From: Octopus vulgaris | Taxonomy: Eukaryota | DNA: 64,000 nucleotides | Direction of reading: 5' to 3' | Assembly: GCA_951406725.2 (NCBI GenBank) | Contig: OX597828.1 | Span: 65,038,001-65,102,000 of the forward strand | In this document: positions 39,168 through 52,407 of the stretch, piece after piece | How positions within the stretch are numbered: the first letter of the stretch is position 1 | Layout of the letters: each line of letters begins with the position of its first letter | Translations under genes and position numbers: made by a program | The notes under the pieces: model-generated | What the model saw: the letters and a program-made list of their open reading frames with translations, nothing else | Databases searched by the model: none | What the model was told of the DNA's origin: nothing

Positions 39168-39412
39168 TAAAAGTTCCTTCTCGACCCATGCCAGGCTCAC
39201 AAGGGCCGGTTTCCCGGTTTCAGTGGCGCAGAAATTCCCCACCTGGACGGGATGCCGGTCCGTCGCAGGATGACTCATTTTTACCAGCTGAGTGGACAGG
39301 AGCAACGTGAAATGAAGTGTTTTGCTCAAGAACACAACGCATCGCCCGGTCCAGGGATCGAAACCACAACCTTACGATCATGAGTTTAACACCCTAACCA
39401 CTAAGCCACACG
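39168..39412 (-). mobile_element. SINE family C, short-tail type, 9-bp TSD
   Basis: Reverse head/core match to the 33558 copy; TSD ccgtgcttg at 39159-39167 and 39413-39421. Confidence 0.88.
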
Positions 39413-39674
39413 CCGTGCTTGCCAAAATAAATTAAGTATTATTGCGCATTAACTAGTATTTAATATTCCTACCACATAATTATCTCCCCTAAGCTTTTCA
39501 GTGTTCCCTGCGTTAAATATGTTAATAGCAACCCTAACTGGAAATACAAAATAGTAACACGTTTACTGTTGTAACTGGTGAATTATTCATAGGGTAGAAA
39601 TTAATGCAATTATCCAGTTAGTGATAGATCTATGCGTGAGCTGTTTTTCTGTGGCAAATTGGTGCATATTATAA

Positions 39675-39830
39675 GGTCGGGTAAGGTTGCAAATTGGAAG
39701 TTGTTAGAGCATCCAATATAAACGAAGAGCGTTTGTTTCAGTTCTCTCCGTTCTGAATTCAAATGACTTCGTAGTTGAATTTGACTTACATTTTTTAGGG
39801 TTCGATAAGTAAGATGACGTCAAATACTAA
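39675..39830 (+). mobile_element. SINE family A, very decayed
   Basis: cgttctgaattcaaat...tttgacttacattttttagggttcgataa. Confidence 0.5.
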
Positions 39831-39850
39831 GATCTCTCTCTATCTCTCTG

Positions 39851-39908
<58 letters not shown>

Positions 39909-40127
39909 AAGTAACTACGTTGCATCATTTGGAATCATCGAAGTCTACTTACAACGCATACTTCTATATAAATGAAAAATGAAAAGCAAGGACCTGGCAA
40001 ACCGGACGTGCATAATTGTCCAGAACGATAGTCACAAGGATTAATATAAACAAAAACGAGTATTTGCTTAACTGCTAAACACAAACTAAGAAACTAAGTG
40101 GCAGAAATGTGCAAATACAAATATCAA

Positions 40128-40525
40128 CACATACATACATACATACATACATACATACATACAAACTTACATACATACATACATACAGACAGACAGACAC
40201 ATATACATACATGCACACACTTACATACATAAATACATACATAATATATACATGCATACATACATACATACAGACAGACAGACAGACACATATACATGCA
40301 TGCACACACTTACATACATAAATACATACATATTATATATACATACATACATACAGACAGACATACAGACACATATACATGCATGCACACACATACATAC
40401 ATAACTACATACATAATATATACATACATAAATACATACATACACATATACATGCATACACACACATACATACATAAATACATACATAATACATACATAC
40501 ATACACACATGCATACATACATACT
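40128..40525. repeat. Higher-order repeat (~70-90 bp) built from ACAT/ACAG units
   Basis: Recurring cagacacatatacat...gcacacac...acatacataaatacatacata blocks. Confidence 0.8.
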
Positions 40526-41113
40526 CAAACACCCACTCACATTCTCCCACATCTTACCCACATACATATATGCATGAATATATTCTCCGTAATTTTTACC
40601 CACGAATATAAATTATGTATGTGATCACGGATGTATTCCCAGTATTCATAAAGTGCATCGAATATATATGAGACTAAATTTCAATAAAAATAGCAAATTG
40701 TGTATTAAATTTCAGTATGGAGGTTAATCTATGCATCTGTGTGATTAGATCCCTTCATTAGAGATTGACCAAATATATTCGGATTAATATTTCTCCGGAA
40801 ACACATTTAACAGTACATTCCCATATTCACTACTGATTCACCACACATAAAACAGGATATATACAGCAGAAAGTGCTGTGCAAATATTTAATGCCTTTAT
40901 GTTCCCTGTCAGGTAAATAACATGTATATTGTATAAGACGTCCTCCATTTGTCTTAAGAATTTTGTCTCCAAACTGAATCGCGGTTCAACTGCTTAGAGT
41001 AATTATTTCTAGCTTAGATACAGCGCTAGCAATTTTGAGTGGATGGATTTAGGCGATAACATCGACCATATTACTTAACTTAGTTAAGTTAAGTGTGTGG
41101 GTCTATACATATA

Positions 41114-41179
<66 letters not shown>

Positions 41180-41197
41180 CATACATACATACATACA

Positions 41198-41229
<32 letters not shown>

Positions 41230-41670
41230 AGAGTACTAAGTGGACATCTATTATGCTAGAGGTAGACCCCATATGCTTGGCCACTGGTTTTAAATTGATA
41301 TTAATAAAAATTAATATTCAATTTTTCACCCTTGTTATTTAAATTATATCTACACACATATAGGACTTTGTCAAGCTGCTAAAGTCCATAAATCCAAATA
41401 TATCTCATAATAGCATCTACTTCTTTTTTCCTATTCTCCATTTTCTTCTGGCTGTCACTTTCTATATAAATCATATAACCTTTCACTCCTTATTGCACAT
41501 ATAACACACGTTCTGTGTAACTAAAAAGTCGCTTTGCAATTGCGTTGTTTTGATTTTAATCCCATTGGGTCGTGTCAAAGACAAGTATTCAAATCATAAC
41601 GTCGGCAAAATAAATGCATGTCAACGAAATTTCGTAAACCAAATCTCTATGAACTGTTCCTGTTTTGCAG

Positions 41671-41750
41671 ACGTAGATTTTATTCGTTGCCTGGTTTATC
41701 ACCGAAGCTTGGTCCTCGGTCCTTGTTGCAGAATCCACCCTCAAACATAG
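41671..41750 (+). CDS. Candidate 80-nt internal coding exon (RRFYSLPGLSPKLGPRSLLQNPPSNI)
   Basis: Acceptor ctgttcctgttttgcag and donor TAG|gtaact; GC-richer than its flanks; open in phase 2. Confidence 0.4.
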
Positions 41751-41875
41751 GTAACTTCTTCCTTTGTAACAAAAAAGAACAGAGTCCCAATTCCTCATTA
41801 TCATAACGCTTTTCCCTGAAGCATTTGGCAAATAGCTTAGAACGATTTTGAAATCATGAGAAGAAAAAAACATGG

Positions 41876-41944
<69 letters not shown>

Positions 41945-41960
41945 ATATGTATATATAAAT

Positions 41961-42010
<50 letters not shown>

Positions 42011-42444
42011 CATGAGCCTTGTTGTTTTTGTTATCACAGAAAATGTTTGGACTCAACAGCCTTGTAGCAACTGCTGAATACCTTTGATATATCTGTAGCT
42101 GAAATTGCAAGACAAACAACCTCATCAATAACAGACGACAAAAGAAATCTACCTACCTATCTACCTGTCTGCCTGTCCACCTATCTATCTATTTCGCCAT
42201 TTCTATATCTTTTCATTACTACTGACTGCACATCACAGCATCGATCCAGGATATTTATCCAACTTCCCCCTCGGCACATTGTTTCTCACGGGAACAGACG
42301 TGTCTAACAAGACTGACACGCGAGGGGCAGACACTGTGACAGTGAGAGCCTAAAAGTGACCCCGAACAATAGCCGCAGGGTCTTCATGACCTCGTCGCCT
42401 CCTCTCATCATGCAGCCTCCAGCATTCCATTTCAAAGCGCTGAA

Positions 42445-42650
42445 GTCATGCCGGTTTCCCAATTCCAAGGCGTACAAATTCCCCACCTGGACGGGACGCC
42501 GGTCCGTTGCAGAATTAGTCATTTTTGCCAATTGAGTGGACTGGAACAACGTGAAATAAAGTGTTTTTTTCAAGAACACAACGCATTGCCCGCTCGAAAC
42601 CGCAATCTTACGATCATGAGTCCACCACACTAACTACTAAGCCACGCGCA
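42445..42650 (-). mobile_element. SINE family C, short-tail type
   Basis: Matches 39205-39412 (ccccacctggacggga...ctaagccac). Confidence 0.85.
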
Positions 42651-43253
42651 TCCTCATGTGCCGCCCTAGTCCAGCATCACTCACGAATTTCCATGCCTTC
42701 CGATTAACATCCAAGGCCTCCAACCTATTGGAAGGGAGAACGCATAAAATCAGATTATGATGAAGACGAAGTTCTGGAAATCCAGTAGCCCTACACCCCC
42801 AGTCTCAATCTCGCTGAAGTGGACAATAATTGGAAGCTGGCTACCCGGTATCCGAATCACATGGCGAATCTAACGGAGAAGACGGTGAAGGATAAAGGTT
42901 TCAATACTATTACACTGTGAATGATATTGACTTTCTCGTAGAGAAATACTTTCATTACATATTTTCCTATCCCTCCCTCCTTAAAGTTAACAAAATACAA
43001 TACAATTTAATATTTAATTGATTCTAGATTCCTAAGCAAGTTGTATTCATATGATCCAACTTGATCGAAACGAATGTCAATCGTTCAAAGAAAATAAACA
43101 AAGAAAATATGTGAATAAAATATTTAAGATGCACTGAAGGCAACACGGAATGTAGATCCTCTTGCTACACGGACGAACAACTAATCAACTGAGAGATCGT
43201 AAATAATGTAATATGTCAGTGCATCAATGTGTATGGATGTGTATACATAGATG

Positions 43254-43302
<49 letters not shown>

Positions 43303-43352
43303 ACACACACAAGTTAGTTGAAATATATGTTTGGTAGCTATTAAACAATATA

Positions 43353-43405
<53 letters not shown>

Positions 43406-43485
43406 GTATGCATATGTAAGCATGTGCGTGTATACGTGTTCAATAAGATCTATCATATTTGACAGCTATTAAGCAGGTTATATAC

Positions 43486-43551
<66 letters not shown>

Positions 43552-43987
43552 ATATATGTGTATGTGTGTGTATGTATGTATATTCAATAACTTGTATCAT
43601 GTTTGAGAGATATATCACAAGATATGCTGGAAACATTGGCTACACTTCAGATACAATCTGTTCCGAAAGTATTATTATCAGTAAACCCTGAAATAGAAAC
43701 ATTCTGTGAATCTTAGAAACATCAATTAAATTCTAATTACTTAAGTAAACATCTCCACCACCAAGATGGTACAACAGTATTATGTCAAAACCTATTTCAT
43801 AACGTAACATCTAAAAATAGATAGCATCAGGTTATTAAACTTAAGCGGTGTTATAATATAAAAGTAGCAATACGAACGGTTAGATGTAATCTATGCCAAA
43901 TTTAGCTTCATATCAAAAATTACCAATGAACAATATAACGAAATATGTCGGAATATCGTGTTGTTTTCATATGTATATGTGTGTGCA

Positions 43988-44083
<96 letters not shown>

Positions 44084-44649
44084 TATATGCACACACAGGC
44101 ATGCACATACATAAATATATGGAAACCCTTTTTGTTTATTGACAATTATATGATTGTACTTGGACATACGAATATAGTTGTCTAAATTGTATCTAAGAAC
44201 ACTAAGCCTGATACAGCAGCTCTGAGAATATTGAAAATCATTAATATATTTTCCACTAATCCATTGAAACCACAGATATTAACGCATGCGATGCAAATCT
44301 TTCGTAATATTGATGAAATGAAGGAAATATAACGCAACATCTTGAAGGTCCAAGTTTCGAAGTAGAATGAGCAGTAAAATGTTTTATAAACTTAGATAAA
44401 TCTTAGATATATTTCAGTCAATAAGTTACCGACGACACATTTAGTCTAATAGGACCCAACTAATACAATCTGTGAGTTTTAAAATCAAGTTTTGTGAAGT
44501 CATGGTCCATTCAATTCGTAACGTTGTTGTTGATTAAGATGTATGCAAATATATGTCCCTAGTCTGGCATCCCTTGAAGAAATTTGTCCAGATATCGTTT
44601 AGATGTGGCATCTTTCTCTTTTTTGGGTTTGTTTTAGGATAAAATAACA

Positions 44650-45310
44650 TAATAACTCATAAAATACTTATCTTAAGCAAAAGGCAACCACATAACCTAA
44701 AGAAACTATTAACATAGGCAAAATTCAACATGAGCAAACAGGATAAAATATTCACCATATCCAAGTGTAAAGATAATATATGTTATAATGGATTTACCAC
44801 ATGCACAGCAAAAAATGAACAGATTTTGGCAAATCCAGATATGAACAGCAAAGGCAGAAATTTGATCTACTGCATTAAATGCACGAATTGCGAGGTACTA
44901 TATATTGGCGAGACAGGGAATGCATTATGGGAACGCTCACGAGTCCACAGACAACAAATCCGGAACACCATTGTTTGCCAAATTCAAATGAGTGAACATA
45001 TAGAAACATGAGGTCAGTAAATGTTTCTAATTTTTCCTTTTCACAAACTACATGGCACAAGTAATGTTGGAAGAAAGATAAAAGGAAAATTTAAATGTTC
45101 AAACCTGTTCTGCGCATGTTCGGTTTGGTCTCTCAGTATCCTACTTTTTTGCAGTATTCTTACTGTTTGTATCCCACTTCTATTTGCTTTAGATATTTGT
45201 TTAACAACTGGCAATTCAGAAACGTTAAAGCTCGTCCAGTGTATTGCTTTGACGTAGATAATTTTCTTCTTGAGATAACCGAGCTAATCTATCATGTGTA
45301 ACACGGATAG
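44650..45310 (+). mobile_element. Penelope-like element 3' fragment (GIY-YIG endonuclease plus 3' region)
   Basis: LSKRQPHNLKKLLT linker; NLIYCIKCTNCEVLYIGETGNALWERSRVHRQQI GIY-YIG motifs; decayed hammerhead-like motif at ~45200-45231. Confidence 0.82.
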
Positions 45311-46331
45311 AATCATATCTTTTTTTTTTATCTCTAAAGACATATTCAGGCATTTCTTTCACTTGTTCTGCCATGGCTTTCTCGTACTTAGTTGCTTTTC
45401 TTTCTTTTTGCATTTCGGCTTTTGCTACCAACCGTTCTATTCTTGTTGACAACTTTTATGGACGACCCATGTGAAATGCACAAATGCTAATGTGAAAACA
45501 TTGTAATCAGTTATGTTTAATTGAGGCAGTTGAACATAGGCAGTAGACAACGAGTGAAAGAGAGAAACAGAGAGACAGAGAGAAAGAGTGAAAGAGATAG
45601 AAAGACCTAGAATTGCAGGGAAAGAAAGTGAAAATAACAGTGTGCAGGATAACTTTAAAAAGTAAGGTAATAGAGGAAGAGAAACAAAGGAAATGAGTGA
45701 GAGAGAGAAAGAGAGAGAGAAGAGAAACGGGACGAAAGACGTTTAAAACGACGAGTAAGAGGGAATAATTTATAAGAGAGAAGAAGGAAGACTAACAGAA
45801 AGGGAGGCAGTAAATACATAAGAGATTGGAAAGAGAGGGTGAGAGAGAGTGAGAGAGAACACTGCAAAGCAATATGGTAGAATACAATAGATACAAATGT
45901 AAGTTATTAAAAAAATGATATATTGCTTTGATTAAAAGTTAGTTTTCTTTTAGAATCATGCTGTTAAAAAATCTTCAATAATGAAGAGAAATGAAAATCA
46001 CACTGAAAGAAAATTTATTAAAATTGAAATTTTAGGAGTTTTCTAGTCGGTGATCACTTTAATAATTGCTTTCTTTTAATAAATGTAACATATTCATTAC
46101 TAATTTACAAGTAATTTTCTTTATTGTAGTATGAATTTGGTCATTTTTTTTTTTTTTTTTTTGCAGCTGTGTCAAATTTGAAATATTTCTTTGAAATGAA
46201 CCTTTTTATACAGGAAATTGTATACAGTTCCATCAAAAAGTTTATGATAAACTTACTTGGAAATGGATGCGTAGCGTTCAATTAAATAATAATATAAATA
46301 ATATATATACGTTTATATATATGTGTGTGTG

Positions 46332-46379
<48 letters not shown>

Positions 46380-47269
46380 CGTTGTTTTTTGTGTTTATTC
46401 TTGGTTTTTTTAATTTTGTTTATATATATATATGTGCATATATGGGTACAGGACGTCACCAACTGTGTAAACAACATGAAGTATGAAAACAAACGAGATG
46501 AATACGCAAACAATGAAAAAAAAATGGAAAAGAGTAAAAATAAACTCAGAACTTAGAAGACGATATTCATTCACAAAAGATTACGTTACAAACGAACACA
46601 ACGTATCTATACGGAGAAGGAAACACCAAGATTATAAACATTGCAAAATGAGACAAGAAAATACATTAAAATTTGAGGAAATATAATTTATGGCAAAATC
46701 GTTTCAAAATAAATGCGGCATTAGCATACATGATTAGAATAGCAAAAGAGAACTTAACGACCGTTCTGCAAATAATATCAAGAAAAACAAGCAAGTGTAA
46801 TCATTATAAATTTCTTAATTTACATAAAAGATCGGGATGTAACTGGAAAAAAGATCCCAATTCAATCACTTCAGATAAACAAAAAATAACACTGGAAAGT
46901 AAAATCTACATCGATTCGTAATTACAAAGAATAATGTTGGCCCCACAGAAATACGAAAGTATTTATCATGAATATAAATGAAGGAGATTTTTTAAAATAT
47001 ATTCGTGTGGTGAAGGCAAAATATAAGAAATCAAGAGAATTGGAAAGTTTAAACAAAAATAATTTAGAGAATATACAAATATTAATCAGGAACCTTCACA
47101 ATATATAACGCATTAAACTGGGAGATTAGATGGCTGTATACTTAAATAACAATAGTTGCTATGATCTGAAAAAGAGGTACAAAAGGGACAATATGTCTGT
47201 GTTTGTATGTGTGTGTACGTGTGCGCGCAGTACTATCTCTTTCGCTACAACCACTAGACAAATAAAAAT

Positions 47270-47945
47270 TGCCTGTTCCTCCCGGCCAGTAAAATTCATC
47301 CTGAACGTGCAGCGCCCTTCGGTAGCACTGCCGGGCAAGGGATTTCGGATCTTTTCGCTTTGACCGGCAGATTTTAAAAATAATTTCCATGTAACTAAAC
47401 GCTTTTAAACTTCGTATACTGGTAGAATGTGTTTATAAAACATCTTTTTCTCTTGGCTTTCTTGAGAAAATTCTGTAGTTTGTAAGATATTTGTTGCTGT
47501 TTTTTTCTTCAGGTTCGGCAATTTCAACCAATCAATAATGTCTATTGAGATGAAAACATTCTCTGCCGTAAACATTTTCTGGCGGTGTCATATGAAAATG
47601 TCCCTCGTTTAAGAAACAGATTGGGTTTATTTACATTTCTGAAGAAAAAAAGATACCCTTCCCCCACCCCTAACTCAAACCCTAACCCCCAAAACAGATT
47701 GAAATGCAATAGATCGATACTAGGGACATAATTATGGGTGACATTTTCATATGACACCGCCAGAAATTATTTTTAAAATCTGCCGGTCAAAGCGAAAAGA
47801 TCTGGGATTTCTAGAAGTTATTCGTAGGCCCAGGCCCGAAAGTTCTCCGAAACAGACCAGCGAGTTGATGTTCGTCGACGCCCGAGAACGTCGTCGTACA
47901 TTCCCGCCTCTAACTCGCTATACGACGCTGATAGTGATGCCTTAA
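47270..47945 (-). pseudogene. Tx1/L1-clade ORF2 C-terminal fragment interrupted by a TIR element
   Basis: Removing 47347-47803 and one TSD copy gives the continuous frame GVDEHQLAGLFRRTFGPGPTNNF*KSLARQCYRRALHVQDEFYW. Confidence 0.65.
47347..47803. mobile_element. Non-autonomous DNA transposon (MITE) with 40-bp TIRs and 8-bp TSD; possibly Merlin-like
   Basis: Perfect TIR gatcttttcgctttgaccggcagattttaaaaataatttc at 47348-47387 and 47763-47802; TSD gggatttc at 47339-47346 and 47804-47811. Confidence 0.9.
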
Positions 47946-48338
47946 ATGAAGTCAAACAAAATAATGTACAACCCATCCTTAACACTGCTAAATGAATAGC
48001 GAAATAAGTCCAACACAACCACCAATCACGCCTCCATCCCCATATAACTACCATTCCTTCCTTGATTTCCTACAACTCCCTTCCTCTCCACCTGCTGCAC
48101 ACATAACTCGCTTAACCTTCATACTTGTAAAATGGAATAAACATTCCTATGTTCTACATGTATTAATGTGATACCACCTAAAGAAGAGAATCCATGAAGA
48201 TGATCGACCCCGCACGCACTGATACAACGGACAGCGCTGTAATCATCCAAAGAGTACGGACCGTGATCTTAAGAGATACGTGGTCTGTGAAAATGCGTGT
48301 AACGATGCATTAAATGATTGTATAATCCATCCAAAGAT

Positions 48339-48405
<67 letters not shown>
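48339..48405. repeat. (TAG)n microsatellite
   Basis: Directly visible. Confidence 0.95.
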
Positions 48406-48406
<1 letters not shown>

Positions 48407-48424
48407 TATTATGTATCTATATCT

Positions 48425-48456
<32 letters not shown>

Positions 48457-48751
48457 TCACACAAAGAAAAATGGAAAATCGTAATCCAGTCTTATCTGGA
48501 AGTTCATCTCAGTTTGTTCCGAAATAATTAGACGGCTATAACATATCTCAATGGAGTAATATTTAGAATATATGAATACCAAGAGAAAAAAAGCAATCTT
48601 CTTTCTTTTCTTTTTTTTTTTTCTTTTTAGTCTTCTTTTTTTTTTTTCATTGTCAGTGTATCACAAAACACAGACACAGCCACTATTGCACCATTAGGAG
48701 TCATTTATTGTCTCATTTTCCACTTAATTCTTTAGTCTGCACGAAAACGTA

Positions 48752-49013
48752 CAGTTACAGGAAATTTCGCCATAAACTTTTTTGCTGTAGGGAAATTCAC
48801 CATATTCAAGATTTTGTTTCAAATTACCTCATAACGTTTTTTAATGTTTCACTTTTGAATAAAGACTAATCCATTTAACCCATGTATAAAACCTTTTATC
48901 ATTGTTTTTCATGATGTTAAAAAAATACTAATATAAAAGGCATATGGTGAATTTGTTCTGCGGTGAATTTTTCCATAGGGCCGTATTTTCTCACGGTAAA
49001 TTTTCTGGACACG
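48752..49013. mobile_element. Decayed MITE with inverted ~15-bp subterminal repeats
   Basis: ggaaatttcgccat and aaattcaccatat on the left; atatggtgaattt, cggtgaattt and cggtaaatttt on the right. Confidence 0.5.
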
Positions 49014-49562
49014 GAAACCGCATATCGCATTTTGTGAAATATACTTTCCTTGGCATCATATATTTTCGTCTATCTGCAGTAACGAATGTAATAAAAATAT
49101 CATCTCTTATATGTCTGCTTATATAATCCAGTTTAGACAAATCTAAACAAATTGAAAAATGTGATTGAATTATTTTCTACATAGTTTTTATACATCAATA
49201 TACGTCATATATTTTGGCAGATTCTGGCATACGTAAAAGCTCTGGTGTTGCGTTGCAGCCTCAGCTTCGAATGCTGCGCACGGCAGCAGAATGTGTCTTC
49301 ATCGACTTTGATGTTGCCCAGTCTATCAAATGTTAGTCGTATAAGAGATTTGGCTGTCACCTTCGAAACATAACATTCTGTGGTCCTATTTTTGTATTTA
49401 GTTTTTCATTTTGTGAACATTATATAATTGTTTCACCCACCTTTATACGAATGTTACTTCGGGATTTATTTTCATTTGTTGGCCTTATTGGAAATGGAAG
49501 ACATTTCCATGGATTATAATTTACGCTATCTGTACACATTTCTATTTTTCATTATAGAAGAA

Positions 49563-49622
<60 letters not shown>

Positions 49623-49628
49623 TAATAA

Positions 49629-50692
49629 TCCGAATACAACCAATAATATATACAATGCCAAAACTGCGGCCTTAGATATTCTGAATAATAAATGGCAAGA
49701 AAAACCTCTCTATGGCAAATACCCAAAGAGAGCGAATAATGCAGATATCGACAAAGCCCTGACCCATCAATGGCTAATGGCCTCTGGCTTAAAATCTGAA
49801 ACAGAGGGGTTTATCATAGCAGCTCAAGATCAATGCCTACCAACAAGAAACTACCAGGCCAACATATTAAAGATCAGAAGCAGTCCAACGTGTCGTGTAT
49901 GCAAGCAACAAAATGAAACCATTGACCATGTGGTCTCCAAGTGCAGTCTTCTAGCGCCTACAGAGTATCTCAACAGGCACGATAGAGCTGCACAATATAT
50001 TCACTGGGTAATCTGTAAAAACCTGGATTTGCCCCATGAAAAAAACTGGTGGGAACACAAACCACCCCCAGTGCTTGAAAATGACCACATCTCACTCCTC
50101 TGGAACTTCACCATTCAAACTGACAGGAAGATAGATGCAAATAGGCCAGACATCATATTGAAAAACTTCAAACAAAGAACATGCCTCCTCATTGATATGA
50201 CTGTCCCAATCGATATAAACGTATCTGTCAAGACCTACCAAAAACTGAGCAAATATAAAGATCTTGAAATAGAAATCAGCAAAATGTGGAACCTGAAGAC
50301 TAAAACAATACCTGTTGTCATAGGTGCCCTGGGAATGATAGCAAAAGGGGCTGATAGCTACCTAACTCAGATACCAGGAAACCCAAAAATGGCAGAAGTT
50401 CAAAAGATAGTGCTCATGGGAACTGCTCATATCCTACGCAAAATACTCTCTATGTAATCTCAAGGTTTAAAACAAACATAATTTTCGGTTTAAAAAAAAC
50501 AAAAAAAAAAAAAAAAAAAAAACCTTTTTTTTTTCTTTTTAGACATTCATTAGTACAACATCCCCACCCCCCAAATATATGGCACACTAGGCATAACAAC
50601 AACATGAACTTCCAACCCTGTTGTCTCTTGAGGTCTCTGGGTGAGACTTGGAGCCAACTTGTACAAATATAAAGCAAAAGTCAAACATAGAA
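49629..50692 (+). mobile_element. R4/Dong-like retrotransposon, 5'-truncated copy 2
   Basis: Near-identical to copy 1; (TAA)n at 49564-49628 and 50691-50808. Confidence 0.93.
49777..50457 (+). CDS. R4/Dong ORF C-terminal part (CCHC + RLE endonuclease), uninterrupted but 5'-truncated
   Basis: CxxC-x7-H-x4-C, RHD, PD...D...KxxKY motifs. Confidence 0.85.
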   Translation: MASGLKSETEGFIIAAQDQCLPTRNYQANILKIRSSPTCRVCKQQNETIDHVVSKCSLLAPTEYLNRHDRAAQYIHWVICKNLDLPHEKNWWEHKPPPVLENDHISLLWNFTIQTDRKIDANRPDIILKNFKQRTCLLIDMTVPIDINVSVKTYQKLSKYKDLEIEISKMWNLKTKTIPVVIGALGMIAKGADSYLTQIPGNPKMAEVQKIVLMGTAHILRKILSM

Positions 50693-50747
50693 TAATAATA
50701 ATAATAATAATATAATGATGATGATGATGATGATGATGATGATAATG

Positions 50748-50809
<62 letters not shown>

Positions 50810-51270
50810 GGTCAGCTACAGCGTATATTCTGCTCAATACCACAGATTTGCTTGTCAGTTGTTTGACCTTAACTAGTTGAGCATGTCCCTCAGCAGTTGA
50901 CAATATATACATTTCTGATCACGAGCAGAAGTAGAGGAGGAGCATCATAGGTATATGTTGACAAGAATTCTTTCGGGTTTGGGCAATTCACCTTTGGAAA
51001 CATGGATGTTTTGTTCATCACCCTTAAACAACCCTTATTCAGGGACCTTTTGAGCGGGATGGGCTACTCGACCTGAAGAAAATTCTAACTGGTCTCCAAC
51101 TGCAAGGTCATGCGCTGTTTATCTTGATATGAGATCACCATGTCGAGTACATATGGTTGTGATGCATGTGCCTGGTGTACCCTTATCAGACGGGTAGTCA
51201 TGATGGGTATACTGGGCTTCGTATATTTTACCCCAGTGTCACTTTGATTGCATGCTCTGCTTTCATACTC
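50810..51270 (+). mobile_element. Non-coding (TAA)n-flanked retroelement segment; same family as 10349-10684
   Basis: Similarity to the reverse complement of 10349-10684; ends in ataataata. Confidence 0.85.
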
Positions 51271-51280
51271 ATAATAATAG

Positions 51281-51475
51281 GACCAAGCTCTGGCCACCAA
51301 CTGTAGGGTCAACCCGAGGAATGAGCCAGAGTCTCCACTGTGCCGTATCTGCATTAGTGCGGATGAAACCATTGACCATATCACAAACGAATGCCTAAGA
51401 CTTGTCCAAAACCACTACAAGTTGTGGTGACACGACCAGGTAGCGAAAGTGCTACCTTGGAAAGTATTAGATACT
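51281..51475 (+). pseudogene. Fragment of a second, divergent R4-clade family
   Basis: DQALATNCRVNPRNEPESPLCRICISADETIDHITNECLRLVQNHYKLW*HDQVAKVLPWKV: CCHC knuckle plus (R)HD motif. Confidence 0.8.
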
Positions 51476-51619
51476 TGAAAAGAACGTATAGCATGGTACC
51501 GTAGACTGCAGGTAGTAAGACCGCTAAGCATGCAAGACTCCTGAAGATCCAACAAAACGTATGATAAAGAGATAATAAATATGATAATGACAATAATACC
51601 AACAACAACAACAACGACA

Positions 51620-51720
51620 TTTGGACAAAATGCTTAGCAGTATTTGTACGTTTTTACGTTCAGAGTTCAAATTATGCCACTTTATCTTCATTATTTCGAG
51701 GTCGATGAAACAGGAATCAC
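51620..51720 (+). mobile_element. SINE family A fragment
   Basis: aaatgcttagcagtatttg...cagagttcaaatt...gaggtcgatgaaa. Confidence 0.6.
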
Positions 51721-51774
51721 TTGAGTCTCTCTCTCTCGATGACCTCTCTCTCTCTCGAAAATTCGAAATTATTA

Positions 51775-51842
<68 letters not shown>

Positions 51843-52015
51843 TACTTTTAACCTGCATGTTTGTTACAATCACATGCCGAGACACACCAAGGGTCCTAGA
51901 GCGATCGAAGGACAGGAGACGTTACGTTTTGACTGAAAGCTTGGGGAGGGGAAGTGGAAGGGACAGGGGCAGTAGCGAAATATCTTCACGTAATACAACA
52001 CCAACATTTAAATTA

Positions 52016-52054
<39 letters not shown>

Positions 52055-52407
52055 CATACACAAATATACTCATGTACATAGTCAAGGAAGAGAGGAAGGT
52101 AAATGAGGGTATTGCAGTTTTTAATTAGTGATGTTCGTTTCAAAATTCAGATGAAGTTACTTCATCAATCAATAATTATGACTGATGCAAATTGTGTAAA
52201 TCCATATATAATTAAACGAAAGTTCTGCTAATCATTTCTGCAGATTAAGTTACAAAGGTTACACAGAACCAAATATTAGTTTTCAAACGGAATACATGGC
52301 GGAAGGTAATAGAAAACGAAGTAATATACTATAAACTGGAGGGTGACATGTTAGAGATGCATATGCGTTGCAAGATTCCAGATGTGAACCTTATGTTGAA
52401 ATAAAGT

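Noticed and set aside
28062-40918. AG|GT recursive-splice-like sites (ttccacag|gtgcgt at ~28079; ccctgtcag|gtaaat at ~40912)
   Set aside because: Weak donors, expected by chance in 64 kb; would need saw-tooth RNA-seq evidence
42780-42875. HDV-like ribozyme (GTAGCC/GGCTAC...GGCGAAT)
   Set aside because: No P3/L3 element in the required position
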